A stretch of 60,625 nucleotides of DNA, counting the filler, from Hausera hauseri (lineage: Eukaryota): assembly GCA_046269625.1 (NCBI GenBank). It is 12 parts of 12 records of this genome, joined end to end, with 100 filler letters (N's around TTAATTAATTAA, not from the genome) between each part and the next. Parts side by side here need not be neighbours in the genome. Positions count along the whole stretch, not along the records: positions 33,309 to 39,367 come from JBJURY010146757.1; positions 39,468 to 44,093 come from JBJURY010498130.1; positions 44,194 to 48,207 come from JBJURY010819308.1; positions 48,308 to 52,438 come from JBJURY010741875.1; 8 more parts are not named here. One strand, written 5' to 3'. Below the pieces are notes generated by a model, which was given only the letters and a program-made list of their open reading frames with translations, searched no databases and had not been told where the DNA came from. Numbering within the stretch: position 1 is the stretch's first letter; every line of letters starts with the position of its first letter. Below, one piece after another: positions 38,190 to 51,700 of the stretch. Position numbers and translations under genes: made by a program.

Positions 38190-38990
38190 ATTATGAACGA
38201 AAAGGAAGAAAACTGATAGTCATTCCAAAAGGCTTACGAACCGAAGTTTTAATGGCAGAACACGATTCATATTTAGCAGGGCATGCCATAGAAGAACACT
38301 GGAAAGAATATTGAATAAATACTTTTGGCCCAGCATCTATATTGATGTAAAGAATTGGGTAAGTGTTTGTGAAGTATGCGTAACCAAACAGAAGACAAAA
38401 ACTACATAGCAGAATTAAAACCAATCAACGTACCAGACAGACCCATGCAAGCCACGTCAATGGATATCGTAGGACCGCTACCCACGACCCACAAAAATAA
38501 TAAATATATCTTGACTTGTATTGATCGACAAACTCATTTTGTCGAGTTAGTAGAGCTAACCGATCAAAAGGCAGAAGCTGTGGTAAGAATAATTTGTTGA
38601 TATGGGCCCCCAGATCAAATACTGACAGATCGAGGAAGAAATTTTACAAGTGAACTATTTGAAAAGATTTCTAAAATATTTGAAATTGAACAGTTAGCTA
38701 CTACCGCATACCACCCTCAATGTAATGGAATGGTTGAGTCAATGAATGCAACTGTTATACGCATATTATCAACAGTAGTAGCCAAGGACTAAAAAGATTG
38801 GGATGAATCTTTAGAAAGAATTCAATTTGCCATTAATCTCACACAACATCCGGCAACAGGATTTACACAATTCTTCATGATGTATGGACGAGAAGCTGTG
38901 TTACCCACAGACTTAGGAATGACGCCATACACGACAAACCCCGAAAATTTAGAGCAAAACTTCGCAGAAGTGTTACAGACGTGACTACAG
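38190..38990 (+). pseudogene. Integrase (HHCC and DDE core; copy H)
   Basis: HDSYLAGH..CEVC..SMDIVGPLP..YILTCID..LTDRGRNFTS..TAYHPQCNGMVE..YGRE. Confidence 0.95.
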
Positions 38991-39467
38991 AAATATTGGT
39001 GTGAGGATATAATTGAGAACAGAAATTCTAAATTTAAATTAGAAACATTTTTAAATTTAAATTAAAAATTTGATTTAAAAGTAATATTAAAAGTCTGATT
39101 TAAATTTGGGAAATTTGTTTCCAAATAAATATCTTGAATTATAATAAAAATTTTCAACAACTGTTGTTCCTTTTCAATGAGCAATTACAAACGATCAAAT
39201 TCTGATTTAGCGGTTAGACCAGTGGGCGGGGATTTTCCAACCCTACCCAAGCTGGGCGACGAGGTGGACGGCGTGGATGCGAACGCGGCCAACAGTCCTA
39301 ATGTGTATGAAATGGTTTATTAAAGTCGATACAGTACAAGGCAGAAAGTTAAAAAAGTTCTGTAATTNNNNNNNNNNNNNNNNNNNNNNNNNNNNNNNNN
39401 NNNNNNNNNNNTTAATTAATTAANNNNNNNNNNNNNNNNNNNNNNNNNNNNNNNNNNNNNNNNNNNN

Positions 39468-40075
39468 AAAGTACAGGCGCCATATTGAATATGGCACTTC
39501 TGGTTTTCGGTATATGTTTTCGTAATACTATGGAACATCATCTTTTGGTTCCTCATTTTTGTTTCATAGAAATCGACCACTACTATTCCTGATTCTCTTC
39601 CTTTTCCCGTACCGTACTCACCTCCTTTACGATATCCGGTATGCATATCCAGTTTCCCAATTGCTACTTTATATACTCGAATTATTTTTCCTTGCTGAGC
39701 TTCTAGCTCCGTTCCATCCCATCTCAATCTTCCGGTTTCTTTTGCTTGTTTACACTGTTATCGATCTAAATCCATGGGGATTAATGGAGTCGTCGGTTTT
39801 ACTATCGACGAGTGTCCGTGCATGTTTCCGCAGTGGAAAATACTCTGCAACCGTTGCAGCATGCACTCTGTTCCATCTATTGCAATTAATTCACGCTGCT
39901 GATATAGAAAATACTTTTATCTATAGTTACTAACTGGTGAGGTCGGGCATCTTTGCATAATTCCAAATCCACCAAGGAATATCTTTGTTCAATTTTAAAC
40001 TAATCGCAGTCATATACTGTAATTGCACCGAGCTGTCTTATTAACATCATAAGTGTTATTAATTTGATCATCCAG
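39468..40075 (-). pseudogene. Chuvirus-like glycoprotein N-terminus with signal-like segment (copy I)
   Basis: WMIKLITLMMLIRQLGAITVYDCD*FKIEQRYSLVDLELCKDARPH..FHCG..GHSS..GKLDMHTGY..GGEYGTG..VVVDFYET. Confidence 0.8.
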
Positions 40076-43000
40076 TTTGATTCGTTATCTCGCGCTGCGT
40101 TAGCTGATGTTAGATTTCTTACCATATTTTCAATTCTAGAGGTCGGTCTGTTTCCATCTTCGTCGTCAAATAACTTGGACCAATTTATCTCTGGGTATTC
40201 TCTTAGCAGCTTTTCTGATCAATCCAATGGTCCTATTGAATTTATTTTCCTTTAGAGGGTTTTTTTGATTGCCAAGTACAATATTACTTTCCTTAATTCT
40301 TCGTTAATATTCTCTACCATAATTTTCTCGATTAAAACTTCGTCAGATAAGTTGTTTTCGTTCATTTTGAACCGAAATGTTCTCATTATCCTTGCAGCAT
40401 CATATATTGCTTTTTCCTGTTTATCTAGCATCTCGTTTCTCGGTCCTGAATAGTTCACTATTTTGATAATGTATTTCAGTAGCTCGTTTAACACTTCGCT
40501 ATCGGAGTTAATCGCGGGCATGGATAATTGCCTTAGTTCTCTTATCAGAGCTGCATTTTGGTCAATATCATCTCTTATTTTTCTCGGCTTTCCAACTGAT
40601 TGTTTCTGTTTCTGCGCAGTTCGTGTTGCTTCACCAATCGGTACTAAATTTTTATCGTATTGTTCCTTATCTTTCTCACTCTGGAGGTAGTCAAAATACA
40701 TGACGGGTCTCTGACTTCCATAATGTGTCCTACGCAATGTTCATCTCTCGCTTTCCTTATAGCCTTAACGTTTGTTTTTTCGTCGGTAATTATAGCCACT
40801 ATTCGATTTGTTTCTTCTGGAATAATTCCGACATCTATTAGTAGCTCAGGTTCGTCCAGGATTCGACCTCGGAAATACAATCGGTTTTACTTCTCTAACC
40901 GTTGTTATCGTTTTACATTCAATTTCTCTCTCTTCCATCCAATCGGCTGATATTTTTACCTTGATCGTCGTTTCGGTTTTTGTCTTTAAGAAATCAGTGT
41001 ATTTCTTTATTAATAGCCGGGGCACGGAGTTGTAGACGACATTTTCACTTGATAATTTAGTCAATGTAGGAATCAACTGCCTCAATATGGTTTCGGTCAT
41101 GCTAACGTTAATGTATTCTATTAATTCTCTCTCGGCTAGTGCGGGATTTAATAGCATTCCCGCATTAAATCGCTGGTCGATTGGAAAGGTATCCATTGGT
41201 TGAAGTTGGATGTGCGTCTTGTGATTTTGGTTGTACAAATTTTCTAAATAAGCATCCCATCCTGAGTCATTTGTATCATCCGGAAGTCCATAATCTAACA
41301 ACACTGTAGGCGCGCTTGGCGCATTTTCACGGATTTCGTTCAACCTCGGCTGTACTTCCTTCATCAAGTTAGTGCGAAATTCTACTCCGTTTCCACACGC
41401 AAGTTGTATCGCTTTTTAGTGTTGGTTCTAATTCCTCTGCAGGAAATAACCCTTTTCTTTCATAATTCGTTAATTCGGTCGTCACATCCGTTAACCACCT
41501 TTGTACGAATTCTCTTTTATTCGTTAACTCTGATTGCGTGATGTTATATTTATTCGTATAAGCCTCAAATTCTTTGCCTAATTCATCTAGCTTCGTAGCT
41601 CTTTGCTTTGTGCGAATTCGCAATTTTTTTATTTCTTTGACCTGAGTTGTCAATTGTCGTGTCTTGTCGTCATGTATTTCTGCCATTGTCGATAGTAGTG
41701 ATATTATTTCGTGCATTTCTTTTAGAGTTCTCGAATCGGGATCTATTTCTTCGATCAGTCTTTTTACGAATTTAGCTTCGTCGACTGTTAGGCGATGACC
41801 TTTGATTACATGTATTAATTCAGCGTGACAATTCTGGTCGGTATCTGATGCTCACTCAAAAGGACGATGTAGATATTTAAGTACTTCTTCTAATGCAATC
41901 CGATGATTTAGGCAAATATCCAACGTCGATAGATCACATATTGACATTTCATCTATGGGTCTCGTTACCAGATGTAGTATTCCTTCTATGCGAACGCCTT
42001 TTAGTTTCGTTGATAAGGAGGAGATCCTTTCCTGTTTCGCCTATAATTCAATTTCTTCTATCATGGTGTACAATTCTTCCGTGAGTTTGATTTCCTGATT
42101 TTCGTTCATAATTCTTAGTCTCAATAATGCATTAAATTCAACTCGAAGGTTTGCCTCTATTTTGTAAACATCTAGATTACGCAGTATCTCTTTTAGCTTT
42201 TGTTTTAGCTGTTGTTCATATTCTGAATACTTCCTTAGACGATATTTCGCAAAATCAACTAATCTGTCTAATAGTTAAATCCATTCTTTGAGTTTGTTAT
42301 CTATCATTGGTTTCTCATTTATTACATTTTTTAGTCGTTCGTAGGTGTCGTGTAATTTATCATCTGGACCTTTAATATAGCCCGTTACTTTCTTGACGTA
42401 GTTAATTTCCTTCTTGTATTTGACGAATTCTAAAATACATGTTTTCGTGATATTTTGTACTTCTTGATTTTCTACATACTTTATCTTATTCCTACATCTG
42501 TAGATTTTGGAGCGCCTTTTATCCTGTGAGGCTATGCGAATTCCTATATCCCCATATTCCTGTGGTGCGTTGAACGCAATCTAACACATTTCCATTATGA
42601 GAGGAATGTCTACAGGTTCTATGCCTAGTATTGAAAATTCGTTTTCATCCAATTTGTATATTGGTTTATTTTTGAGGTGATAGATTACTGCGATCTCTAT
42701 TTCTACCATTAACCTTTCTAAATTCCGTTTTGTTCGCTTCTGCTTCAGATCCGTCTCTAGAATCCTTAATATTCCTTAGGCAGTCGCCACTTTATTCTTA
42801 ATTTCTAACTCCTGATTATATCATGTGTCGGTGAAGTTGATTCCGTATTTTATCCATAGATCCTATTTTTTCTTCCATTCATCAATCGACTTCTCCATAA
42901 TTCCGTACGTTTGCTCTGGTTCTTTCTTTTTGTTAACATCTTCCTCAAGGTATTGTTTGAATTCTTTGTACATTCTTTCGGCGAATTGCTGTTCTTTTCC

Positions 43001-43300
43001 TGACACATCTACTTGAGTTTTTATACGCCTTAATTCGTCCAGATTGTGACTTATCGTCTCCGTATCTGTTGGTGCGATCCTAATTTTCCAGATTTTTCTG
43101 ATCCTCCACACCTTTCCGTCTGACCTTTTAAGTCGTTCCGTGCCATCAGTCTTACCTTCGCTATCGGGTAATGGACATATCTCATTTATCTCACTGTTCG
43201 CGTCTCCTACTGTTACGCTTGTAGGAGACGTTCTTCTGCCAAGTTTTCAGATTCAGCGTCCAAGTCTACACTGGGTGATACTACTGCTATTTCGACTTCG
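40076..43300 (-). pseudogene. Unknown helical/coiled-coil domain X (copy I)
   Basis: ORF pieces 42863-43111, 41369-41716, 40846-41367, 40644-40880 and 40252-40737 each match copy L (e.g. QRFNAGMLLNP / QRFNVGMLLDP; EELRKVILYLAIK / EELRKVLLYLAIK). Confidence 0.8.
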
Positions 43301-43360
43301 TTCACCTCTTTTGTCTGCGCGAGCTTCTCAGGCACATTTTTCTTGCGAACCATGTTATTA

Positions 43361-43861
43361 TTACCATGTTATTATTATCATTACATCCAAATCTGACGGA
43401 ACTGATTTTTCTGCGGCTCTACGTTCAGTGTCATCCTTTTCCTTGGCCATATTCAAAATTCGCAGTGTACTAATGTAGCTATTTCCTAACTTTTTCAAAG
43501 CAAACGCAAACTGGGTGACTGATTCGCCCTTCTGTTGCGTCCTATTTTGATATACCATCAACTTTTGCTGTGGAGTTACGGTTGGCAGTAATTTCCTATT
43601 TAATTCTCCTACTAATGACGACCAATCTCTCTTTTCTTCGTCCGTCAACTCGGCGTAGGCATCTGCGGCCAAATTCGTCAAATAAAGCGATAATCGTCTA
43701 ATCATCTGACGAGGTTTTAACCCTATGCCTTCGGCGTGAAGTTTATATGTTTTCAAAAATTCATTTAATCCTTCCGGATCACCGTCGTATGCCGGTAAAT
43801 TTAATGATTTGTATGTGAAAATGTCCAGTTTCTGTCTGGCTGTAGTATTATCAGCTGCCAT
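43361..43861 (-). pseudogene. gag: Retrotransposon Gag capsid domain (copy I)
   Basis: LPAYDGDP..LSLYLTNLAADAY..DWSSLVGEL..RTQQKGESVTQFAFALKKL (MHR-like QxxxExVxxF). Confidence 0.88.
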
Positions 43862-44193
43862 TTTATTTGTATTTGCGTCTGTTCTGTTTTCTACTTTACG
43901 TCGGTCGGAACTTTAAAATTTACTTCTTGATCTTGGTCTAATAAACCTGTTAAATTTTCTCGTGACTCGGATAATGTGCGCTTTTCGTCTGAATTTGTTC
44001 ATACTATACTACTGGTTCATCTTATGTTTAAATTTTCCTTACCGTTTAGGTTTAAATGTTCTGATCTACTATGCTTCTCAATATTTGAGTTTCNNNNNNN
44101 NNNNNNNNNNNNNNNNNNNNNNNNNNNNNNNNNNNNNTTAATTAATTAANNNNNNNNNNNNNNNNNNNNNNNNNNNNNNNNNNNNNNNNNNNN

Positions 44194-44900
44194 AACGAAC
44201 GAACACTATAATATAGAATACTCCAGTCTAGAACCATCAAGGATCTGTGTACCAGGTGATGATCGACAAATATTATTGACTTTGCAACTACTATCCACAT
44301 GTCCCAATATATTCTGCATAAGTAATACTAATTTTGACACCCTTGATGCACCATTACGCGCATCTTATGATGGTATACAACTCCCCGAGCATATTAAAAC
44401 AGTTCGATTCAGCCCTATACATATTTCATTTCATGTCCATGACCATCATTCGATGGTGACACCGCCAATTGTTTTCCGATCACAAAAACATCTCTCAAGT
44501 GCGATAATCTCAGACTACAATACCTCTATTGGTTACAGATAATACGCCGACCGAATGCACCGTCTCTCAGACAAAAAACAGTAGCGTTGTGCCATATAAC
44601 AACTGAGGAACATTCCCTTAAAAAACCTCAGATAACAACCAAGAAAGACGGAGTACTATCAGCTAAAATCAAATTACCAGACACAACAGAAAAATAAGCC
44701 ATGAATCATTGCTACTAATAACTATTATACCCACTCTTCTCATTATGATTATATCAATACTTACGTTGACCCTATGTATCAGAAGACGCCGACAGATTAA
44801 AAAATACACCACTCGCACCAAATACGAATTGGAAATGACCGAAGACCTCACAGGATGATTCTACCATTGAGTATATTAGTTTGAGGTATACTAAATTCAT
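44194..44900 (+). pseudogene. Type I membrane protein, paralog 1 (partial)
   Basis: DDRQILLTLQLLSTCPNIF..PEHIKTVRFSPI; C-terminal TM LLLITIIPTLLIMIISILTLTLCI followed by RRRR. Confidence 0.6.
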
Positions 44901-45299
44901 TAACACAACTAACTCTAAGTCCTCAGAAAATAGCCATAAACCTATCAAATCAGGTATTACCAGATACATTTTTAGATTTTATGAAATTTCTAAAAAGAAA
45001 TCCAAAGACAGAACCATGAGATATTCAAGAAATTGTACAAGGAAACCTTTTCATTCAGTATAACCATACAAAAAGATGCCTACTTATAAAATCTTCCCCT
45101 GAGAATAAAACAAACAATGACAGACCTATAAAAGAAGAGTGGGGAATACTGACACTCTATGGAAAATAAAAAGTAATGTGTACACCTACGTCCACTCACA
45201 AAGAAAACTGTTCTAAGTTACCCCGGGATCTACCTATTCAGTACAAATACATACATCAAAAAGTAAGAACTTACCAATCACAAAAATCGGGCAATTAAA

Positions 45300-46624
45300 A
45301 CAATGATACCCACAGAACAGAAGAGAGTTACGCTATCTTTGACGGATAATTCACCCGAACAAAAGGAGCAAACTAATATCGACAGATTATTCTTAGAAGA
45401 AAGAATATTTATAGGTCAACCTGATTATAAGAAGCAATGCTTACCAGTTGAATGGGATAGAAAAATACCGAAAAGGCAGAATAATGCAAATAACCGCTCA
45501 ATATGCCAATATATCCATTAGCAATAATAACATCCACTACTCCAGAGAACATAATCAATCAACTTATATATTTGCACGACCAGATCAGAAACATTCACTA
45601 ATATTTGCTGTTTCGATTTCTAAATGGTATATGGCGATCCACGTTAACTGAAATCGATAGGAAGGCACCAACAATTCCATGCACCCCCTATATTGTAGAT
45701 AATAAACGAATAAAAACAAAAATATTTAACGAAAACGAAATTTTAGTGGTTGTGCCTCAAATCCGTAGAGCCCATTACGCCCTATCGTGCGCCGCGAAAC
45801 GTTATAATGAAGAAGTTTATACTTTGGAGGTCACAAGTCCTCGACCTCCAATATCATGTTCAAAACACGATAATCGACAAATACTTCTTACACTACAATT
45901 ACAACCATCCTGCCCAAATACCTTTCGTTTAAGTAGTTTTCGCTACTCTGTACACAACAAAATCCCGTATCTAATAGCAGGATTAAGACAAACTCCAGAA
46001 CAAATCAAAACAATTCCATTCAAACCATTGGACATTTACCTTCAAGTGAGATCCGACCGTGTAATGTTTAGCTTGCCAAATCCTGACTTTATCGTCACAC
46101 TGGAAAATGCTAACGACGCCTGTTTTCTAGTTACTAGTACTTACGTTGAATGCACACAATTGATATCTTGTTATCCTTATTTAGCCCATATTCAGTTACC
46201 TTATTATGACCCGTTATGAAAACCAAAAACGGTCGCGCTGTTAGAAGTCACTACACTGAAAAATGGAGTAAATTCTTTGTTCAGATTTCCCACACTCAAT
46301 GAAATAATGAAAAGAGGAAAATTTATTTTTAGAATATGTACCAATTCTCCTAAAGATAATAAAATGCTGAGCATCATATCATCGTCAGTTCAACCAATAC
46401 AACAATTTCAAATAGATTATAATTTATTTCTGATAATCGTAATAGCAGTACCCATCAGCGTTATACTTATCATAGCAACAATCATTGCTACATGCGTATA
46501 TAAACATAAACACAAGAAAAAGAATATACTCCGTCATAAACCAACACTTGAGAAGAGATCATTTGAAATTCCTCTAACTAATTTAAAATATGACTTTAAA
46601 ATTTACGGTGGTTGTCAATCATGA
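45300..46624 (+). pseudogene. Type I membrane protein, paralog 2
   Basis: DNRQILLTLQLQPSCPNTF..PEQIKTIPFKPL; TM LFLIIVIAVPISVILIIATIIATCVY followed by KHKHKKK. Confidence 0.65.
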
Positions 46625-46692
46625 AGGAGGAAGACTATTACACTTATGTCGAAACCCACTAGGAACAAATTCTACCAAAGGCGGAACGTTAG

Positions 46693-47400
46693 ATGTTAGG
46701 ATGTACTGATGAACCAGCTGACCCAATAGACTATACAACAGTAAATAACGCTGGAACAACTCCATTAATGCTAGCAGTAGCATCAGGAAACGAAGAAAGA
46801 GCTAGAGAAGCTATAACTCAATTAGGCGATGAAGCAGCTGAAACGCTAAAATTCCAAGATACAAATGGCAACACCATCATCCATTTAGCCATTATGAGCG
46901 AATGTCATGATTTCTTTACACTCATGCTCATTCAGTCACAAGCACCATTGCACAGACCCAACGTAAATGAGGACATTCCCTTACTACTCGCTATACGTCA
47001 TGGTCGACATAACCTTGCAATACTAATATTCGATTATGCCTAGGACAATAAAGTATTTCAAGCCATTTTCCAACCACAATTACGCAGTACACCATTACAT
47101 CATGCAATATTATTCAAACAATTTCTCTTATTGGAAACCTTCCTAAATAGGAAATTCGGCAACGGAACATACCTATTTGACGTAAACTACGCCCATGACT
47201 CGTATGAGGAAACTCATAACTGCTCTTTTGACTAGAACCTATGGGGCAGTCTCCGTCCTGATGCAACGACCCGATATCCACCCAGAAACTCACTTATCGA
47301 AATATAATAATCAATGACATTCTGATACGTGACCCAATGATTAGCTCCTTCGAACGAGAACGCTTGTTAGCCATTATGCGTCGTGAAATTGTAATATAAA
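46693..47400 (+). pseudogene. Ankyrin-repeat protein, intronless
   Basis: GTTPLMLAVASGN, GNTIIHLAI, EDIPLLLAIRHGR and, after a stop, STPLHHAI. Confidence 0.85.
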
Positions 47401-47679
47401 CAATTTGACATTTTGCGAACTCTTATCTGCGTGTATATTTTAGTATGACTATTTATTTCAGTATATTGTTATCATCTTTATTCTTAATCACTGACGTTCC
47501 TTATCTCGCACAACTACTGACACTCTTTATCTTAGCCATTGTATATAACTCATGATTACTATAGTACCGCATGTTATTATTTATGTAATTTATATTCGAT
47601 TAATGTAAATAAACTTTTGTTATTTTGTATTAAGACTGAAAAGGGAACCCCATATTGATTCACAACTTTTTGTGACGCA

Positions 47680-48207
47680 TTGGCGTCTTACCTAATTGTA
47701 GACCAATGTTATCATACTTTTTCCAATCAAACAGCTATCCCAAGTAACCTAAAGTCTAAGAAACTCCAACTCTATCCCAGACAAATGTGTATACAGCAAG
47801 CATCAACCAATATCTCCAATTCACTATCCAAATTGATTCTCACCGACAAGCCACAAAAATTCGATATCATTGCTATTCACCTCACCAATGGCAAAGTAGA
47901 TGTCAATATCAACTATAATGATCTTATATTTGACATTAATCACGAACTACTTGATAACTCTAGTGTAATTACTATCCCTCCTGTGGAATTATTATCTTTT
48001 ACAATTTCCTCTTTAACCAACTGTATATATGCTGTGGAAGTAATCCAACCAAAATTTAAATACACCCACAATGAGGACTTTAACCAATCAATACATATAT
48101 TCAAACCGCTCTCATCAATAAACGAATACATTTCAGTATCAGAAGGATTATGCCTATCAGATTTAGAACCCCTATTCATCTTCGTATCTTATAACCACGT
48201 CACCACT
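47680..48207 (+). CDS. Hypothetical protein, truncated by contig end
   Basis: About 175 open codons with composition similar to the neighbouring genes. Confidence 0.4.
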
Positions 48208-48350
48208 NNNNNNNNNNNNNNNNNNNNNNNNNNNNNNNNNNNNNNNNNNNNTTAATTAATTAANNNNNNNNNNNNNNNNNNNNNNNNNNNNNNNNNNNNN
48301 NNNNNNNAGTTTTTTAATTGTACGCCTCAAAATAATTGGTTGATTTTTAG

Positions 48351-48689
48351 ATGTTCAAACGTTACAGCGAATGTTTGGCTCAAAGCCACGAGCCGGAAAA
48401 TTGCCACAGTATTATGAAGAAGTACTTTGGCCATCTATACAACAGGGTTCAGTATTATATATGCCCTATATGTGAGGTAGTGTGCCAATCCAAATATGAA
48501 GACTTTTACAATGTCCATAAACAGCACTTGATTTCCTTCATCGAGTCGAAAAAACAAATATTCAGTGCAAATATGCCAATAACGACTTTCGTGCCAAAGG
48601 AAAATCAAAGATGCAGTTCATATGTGTATTACACATGTGTAGTACACAATCCTCAGAATGGCCACAATACCATGAGGAGCTATTATTGA
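48351..48689 (+). CDS. Hypothetical Cys/His-rich Maverick accessory protein
   Basis: ORF with CPICEVVC..H motif just upstream of pPolB. Confidence 0.4.
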   Translation: MFKRYSECLAQSHEPENCHSIMKKYFGHLYNRVQYYICPICEVVCQSKYEDFYNVHKQHLISFIESKKQIFSANMPITTFVPKENQRCSSYVYYTCVVHNPQNGHNTMRSYY

Positions 48690-48783
48690 CACATTCAATA
48701 GGATCATATATTATATCTGCCCAGGATGTGAGGCTGTATGTGATGGAGAATAGATATACTTTTATGATGATCACAAACATCAT

Positions 48784-51700
48784 TTGACTGACTTTACATC
48801 AAAGTCAAAGAAGGTCATATTTAATGAGCAGAATCCTGCTTTGGCAGAACAGCCAGTTGTACAGCTCGCTTTAGCAGCAAAGCCCGATAAAGGACTAAAA
48901 CGCATATCAGAAGTAGCAGCAGATGCTCCATCAAAAAGCCAAAAACAGCGATCAGTCGATGTAGCTGCACTGAAGAGCAAAATGTGGCGATATTTCATAG
49001 CAGCAGTGGGGCAGATATCGCTCCATGAATTCCTGGAATAATCAAAGAAGGAGGCAGCAGGAATTCTCCTGGACAACTTGTTGGAGCTAAAGGCCCTTAA
49101 GGTGAACTTCAAATTGGAAGTCACCTTCACCAATGTCAAAGGAGAGCTGTCTAGTAGAGCCTTCAAGATAAAGAAAAGGCCACTATTGAAATCCTTTAAC
49201 ATTAAGGATTTCATTACAGAGGATTATGTAAGGCTCATCGGCGAAGCTGAAGAAAGCCAGGACAAGAAGAGCGGCTGGACTTTAGCAATAATAAAGGGGT
49301 TACTTGTGCATGTGCTCAAGTATTCTCTCATAAGAGGCAGCTCCTACATACCGCTTCCTGAATGGATAGTTAAAAATGGCATGCATCAATGTCCATAATG
49401 AGGACAGCATGTGCTTCATGTATTCTATTTTGTCAAAACTGGTCCAGAATCAACATAGTGCTTCCCGAATTTGGATATATGACAAAGTGCAGCACACATA
49501 CGACTTCAGGTGTATTTGATTTCCGCCAAGCCTAGATGAAGTCGTGAAATTTGAAAGCGTGAACATCTCCATGAACGTCTTCGGATTGGAGGAGGACAAA
49601 TTTTATCCCTTACATGTGTGCAAGGAGGAATTGCAGGATCATAGGGATCTGCTCCTGCTAGACGATGGAGAAACGAGGCATTTCATCTGGATCAAGAATT
49701 TTGAGCGCCTTGTAGGATCCCAAATATCCAAGCATAAATCAAAGCTGGAAATATGCAAAAGATGCTTTACCCATTTCAGTGGAGACACAGCCGCAGAAAA
49801 GCTGGAGGAGCACATAACCTACTGAAATACAAACTATTGCATCCGAGCAGAATTCCCCAAGGAGGATTACCTGGAATTCAAGGAGTTCGAGAAAATGCAG
49901 AAGGTGCCGATTATAATATATTGTGACTTTAAGGTCATCCTCAGTCCAGTTCACAGCTGCAGCTCTAATCCACAGCAAAGCAGTACTACAGCATACCAGT
50001 ACTATGAGTTATCATCCTACTGCATGTATGCCAAAGGACTGGACAAAGAACCCTACTTATACAGGGGTGTAAATGCAGCAGCACATTTTATGCAGCGTCT
50101 GGAACAGTATTCCCACAAACTTGAAGACATGTTGCAGCAGCATAAGGGCTACATGGTGATGTCGCAGCAAGAAAAATGTGAATAACACAAAGAATCAACA
50201 TACTACTTATGCAGAAAGCCATTCACATGGGGCAATCACAAAGTCAGAGATCATTGCCATTTTACAGGCATATACCGAGGCGTAGCGTACAACAATTGCA
50301 ACTTACGCTGCAAGACATATACATATGTTCCTGTGGTATTCCGTAATCTTAGTGGATACGATTCCCACTTCATTGTTCAAGAAATGGGTAATATTGAGGG
50401 GAACATTGATGTGATTCCAAATAGTGAGGAGAAGTACATCACATTCACGAAGCATGTCGGCCGCATCAGATTTCGCTTCATTGATAGCTTCCGCTTCATG
50501 AGCTTGTCACTGAACAGCCTCGTGAAGAACATTCCAGGTGATGAGCTCAAGGAGACGAAGAGATTCTTCCCTATGACTATATAACGTCATGGAAAGCACT
50601 AAATGAAGATGCTGACTATGAGCACGCCCAAAGAGTATTGCATACCTTCCAGTGTAGGACAATAGGGGATTACAGTGATATCTATTTCCTCACAGATGTG
50701 CTGTTGCTTACTGATGTTTTCGAAAGCTTCCAGGATCTGACCATTAAGAACCACAAGTTAGATCCAGCTCATTTCTTTACAGGTCCAGGAATGAGTTGGG
50801 CAGCTATGCTGCGCTATACCGGCATAAGGCTCCAGATCTTGAAAGATTTCAGTGTGGTCCTCATGATTGAGAGAGGCATCAGGGGTGGAATATGCCAGGC
50901 CATTCACAGTTACAGTGAGGTCAGCAACAAATACATGGCAGATTATGATCCATCTAAGGAATCCTCATATATATCATACCTGAATGCCAACAATCTGTAT
51001 GGATAGGCAATGAACAACCCATTGACGTATGATAACTTTCAATGGGTTGGGCAGCCGCAAGTTCTGGATATTGAAGGTATAGATCCAATGGAGATATGGG
51101 CTGCATACTGGAGGTGGACGTGGAATAGCCACATGGCATCCACACAAGGCATGAGCAGCTGCCTTTTCTCCCGGAGAACAATAGGCCACCAAATGGTAAG
51201 CATAAGAAGCTGCTCTGTCACCTCGAAAACAGGGAGACGTATGTAGCCCACTTCATAAATCTCCAACAAACCATCCAAAATGGACCCCTAATCATCAGGA
51301 TTCATCGGACCCTGCAGTTCAACTAGTCCGAATGGCTGAATCCATACATAGACCTCAATACCCAGTTGATGGCCAATGCCAAGAACGAGTTTGGAAAGGT
51401 CCAATTAAAGCTGTATAACAACTCGACTTTGGCAAAGCTATGGAGAACATCCGGAACCGGATAAACATCGAGCTGGTATGTGACTGGAAGAGGGCAAAGA
51501 AACTCATCGCTATGCCCAACTTCCACAGTACATAATCTACACGGAGAACCTGGTGAGCATCCACTGCTCAATACATCACTTGATTTCAACAAGCCTATAT
51601 ATGTGGGTATGTCTATATTGGATTTATCCAAGACCTTGATGTATGTATTTCACTAGAAGTTATGGTCCCCACATTCAAGGAGCTGCAGCTAATGTACATG

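Larger units (their letters stand above)
34420..38990 (+). mobile_element. Env-before-pol Ty3/Gypsy element, copy H (glycoprotein C-half, spacer, PR, RT, RH, IN)
   Basis: Colinear with the reverse complement of 52539-55300, and continues through RT, RNase H and integrase. Confidence 0.9.
39468..43861 (-). mobile_element. Env-before-pol Ty3/Gypsy element, copy I (Gag capsid, unknown domain X, glycoprotein N-terminus)
   Basis: Colinear homology with 55650-59450 of copy L throughout. Confidence 0.88.

Noticed and set aside
38990-39468. Treating H and I as one continuous element
   Set aside because: They are separated by a linker, lie on opposite strands, and H has unrelated flanking DNA on both sides.
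39559-40950. Plus-strand ORFs over copies I and L (also 54652-58340) as antisense genes
   Set aside because: Ser/Phe/Ile-rich shadows of the A-rich minus-strand coding frame, with no independent motifs.
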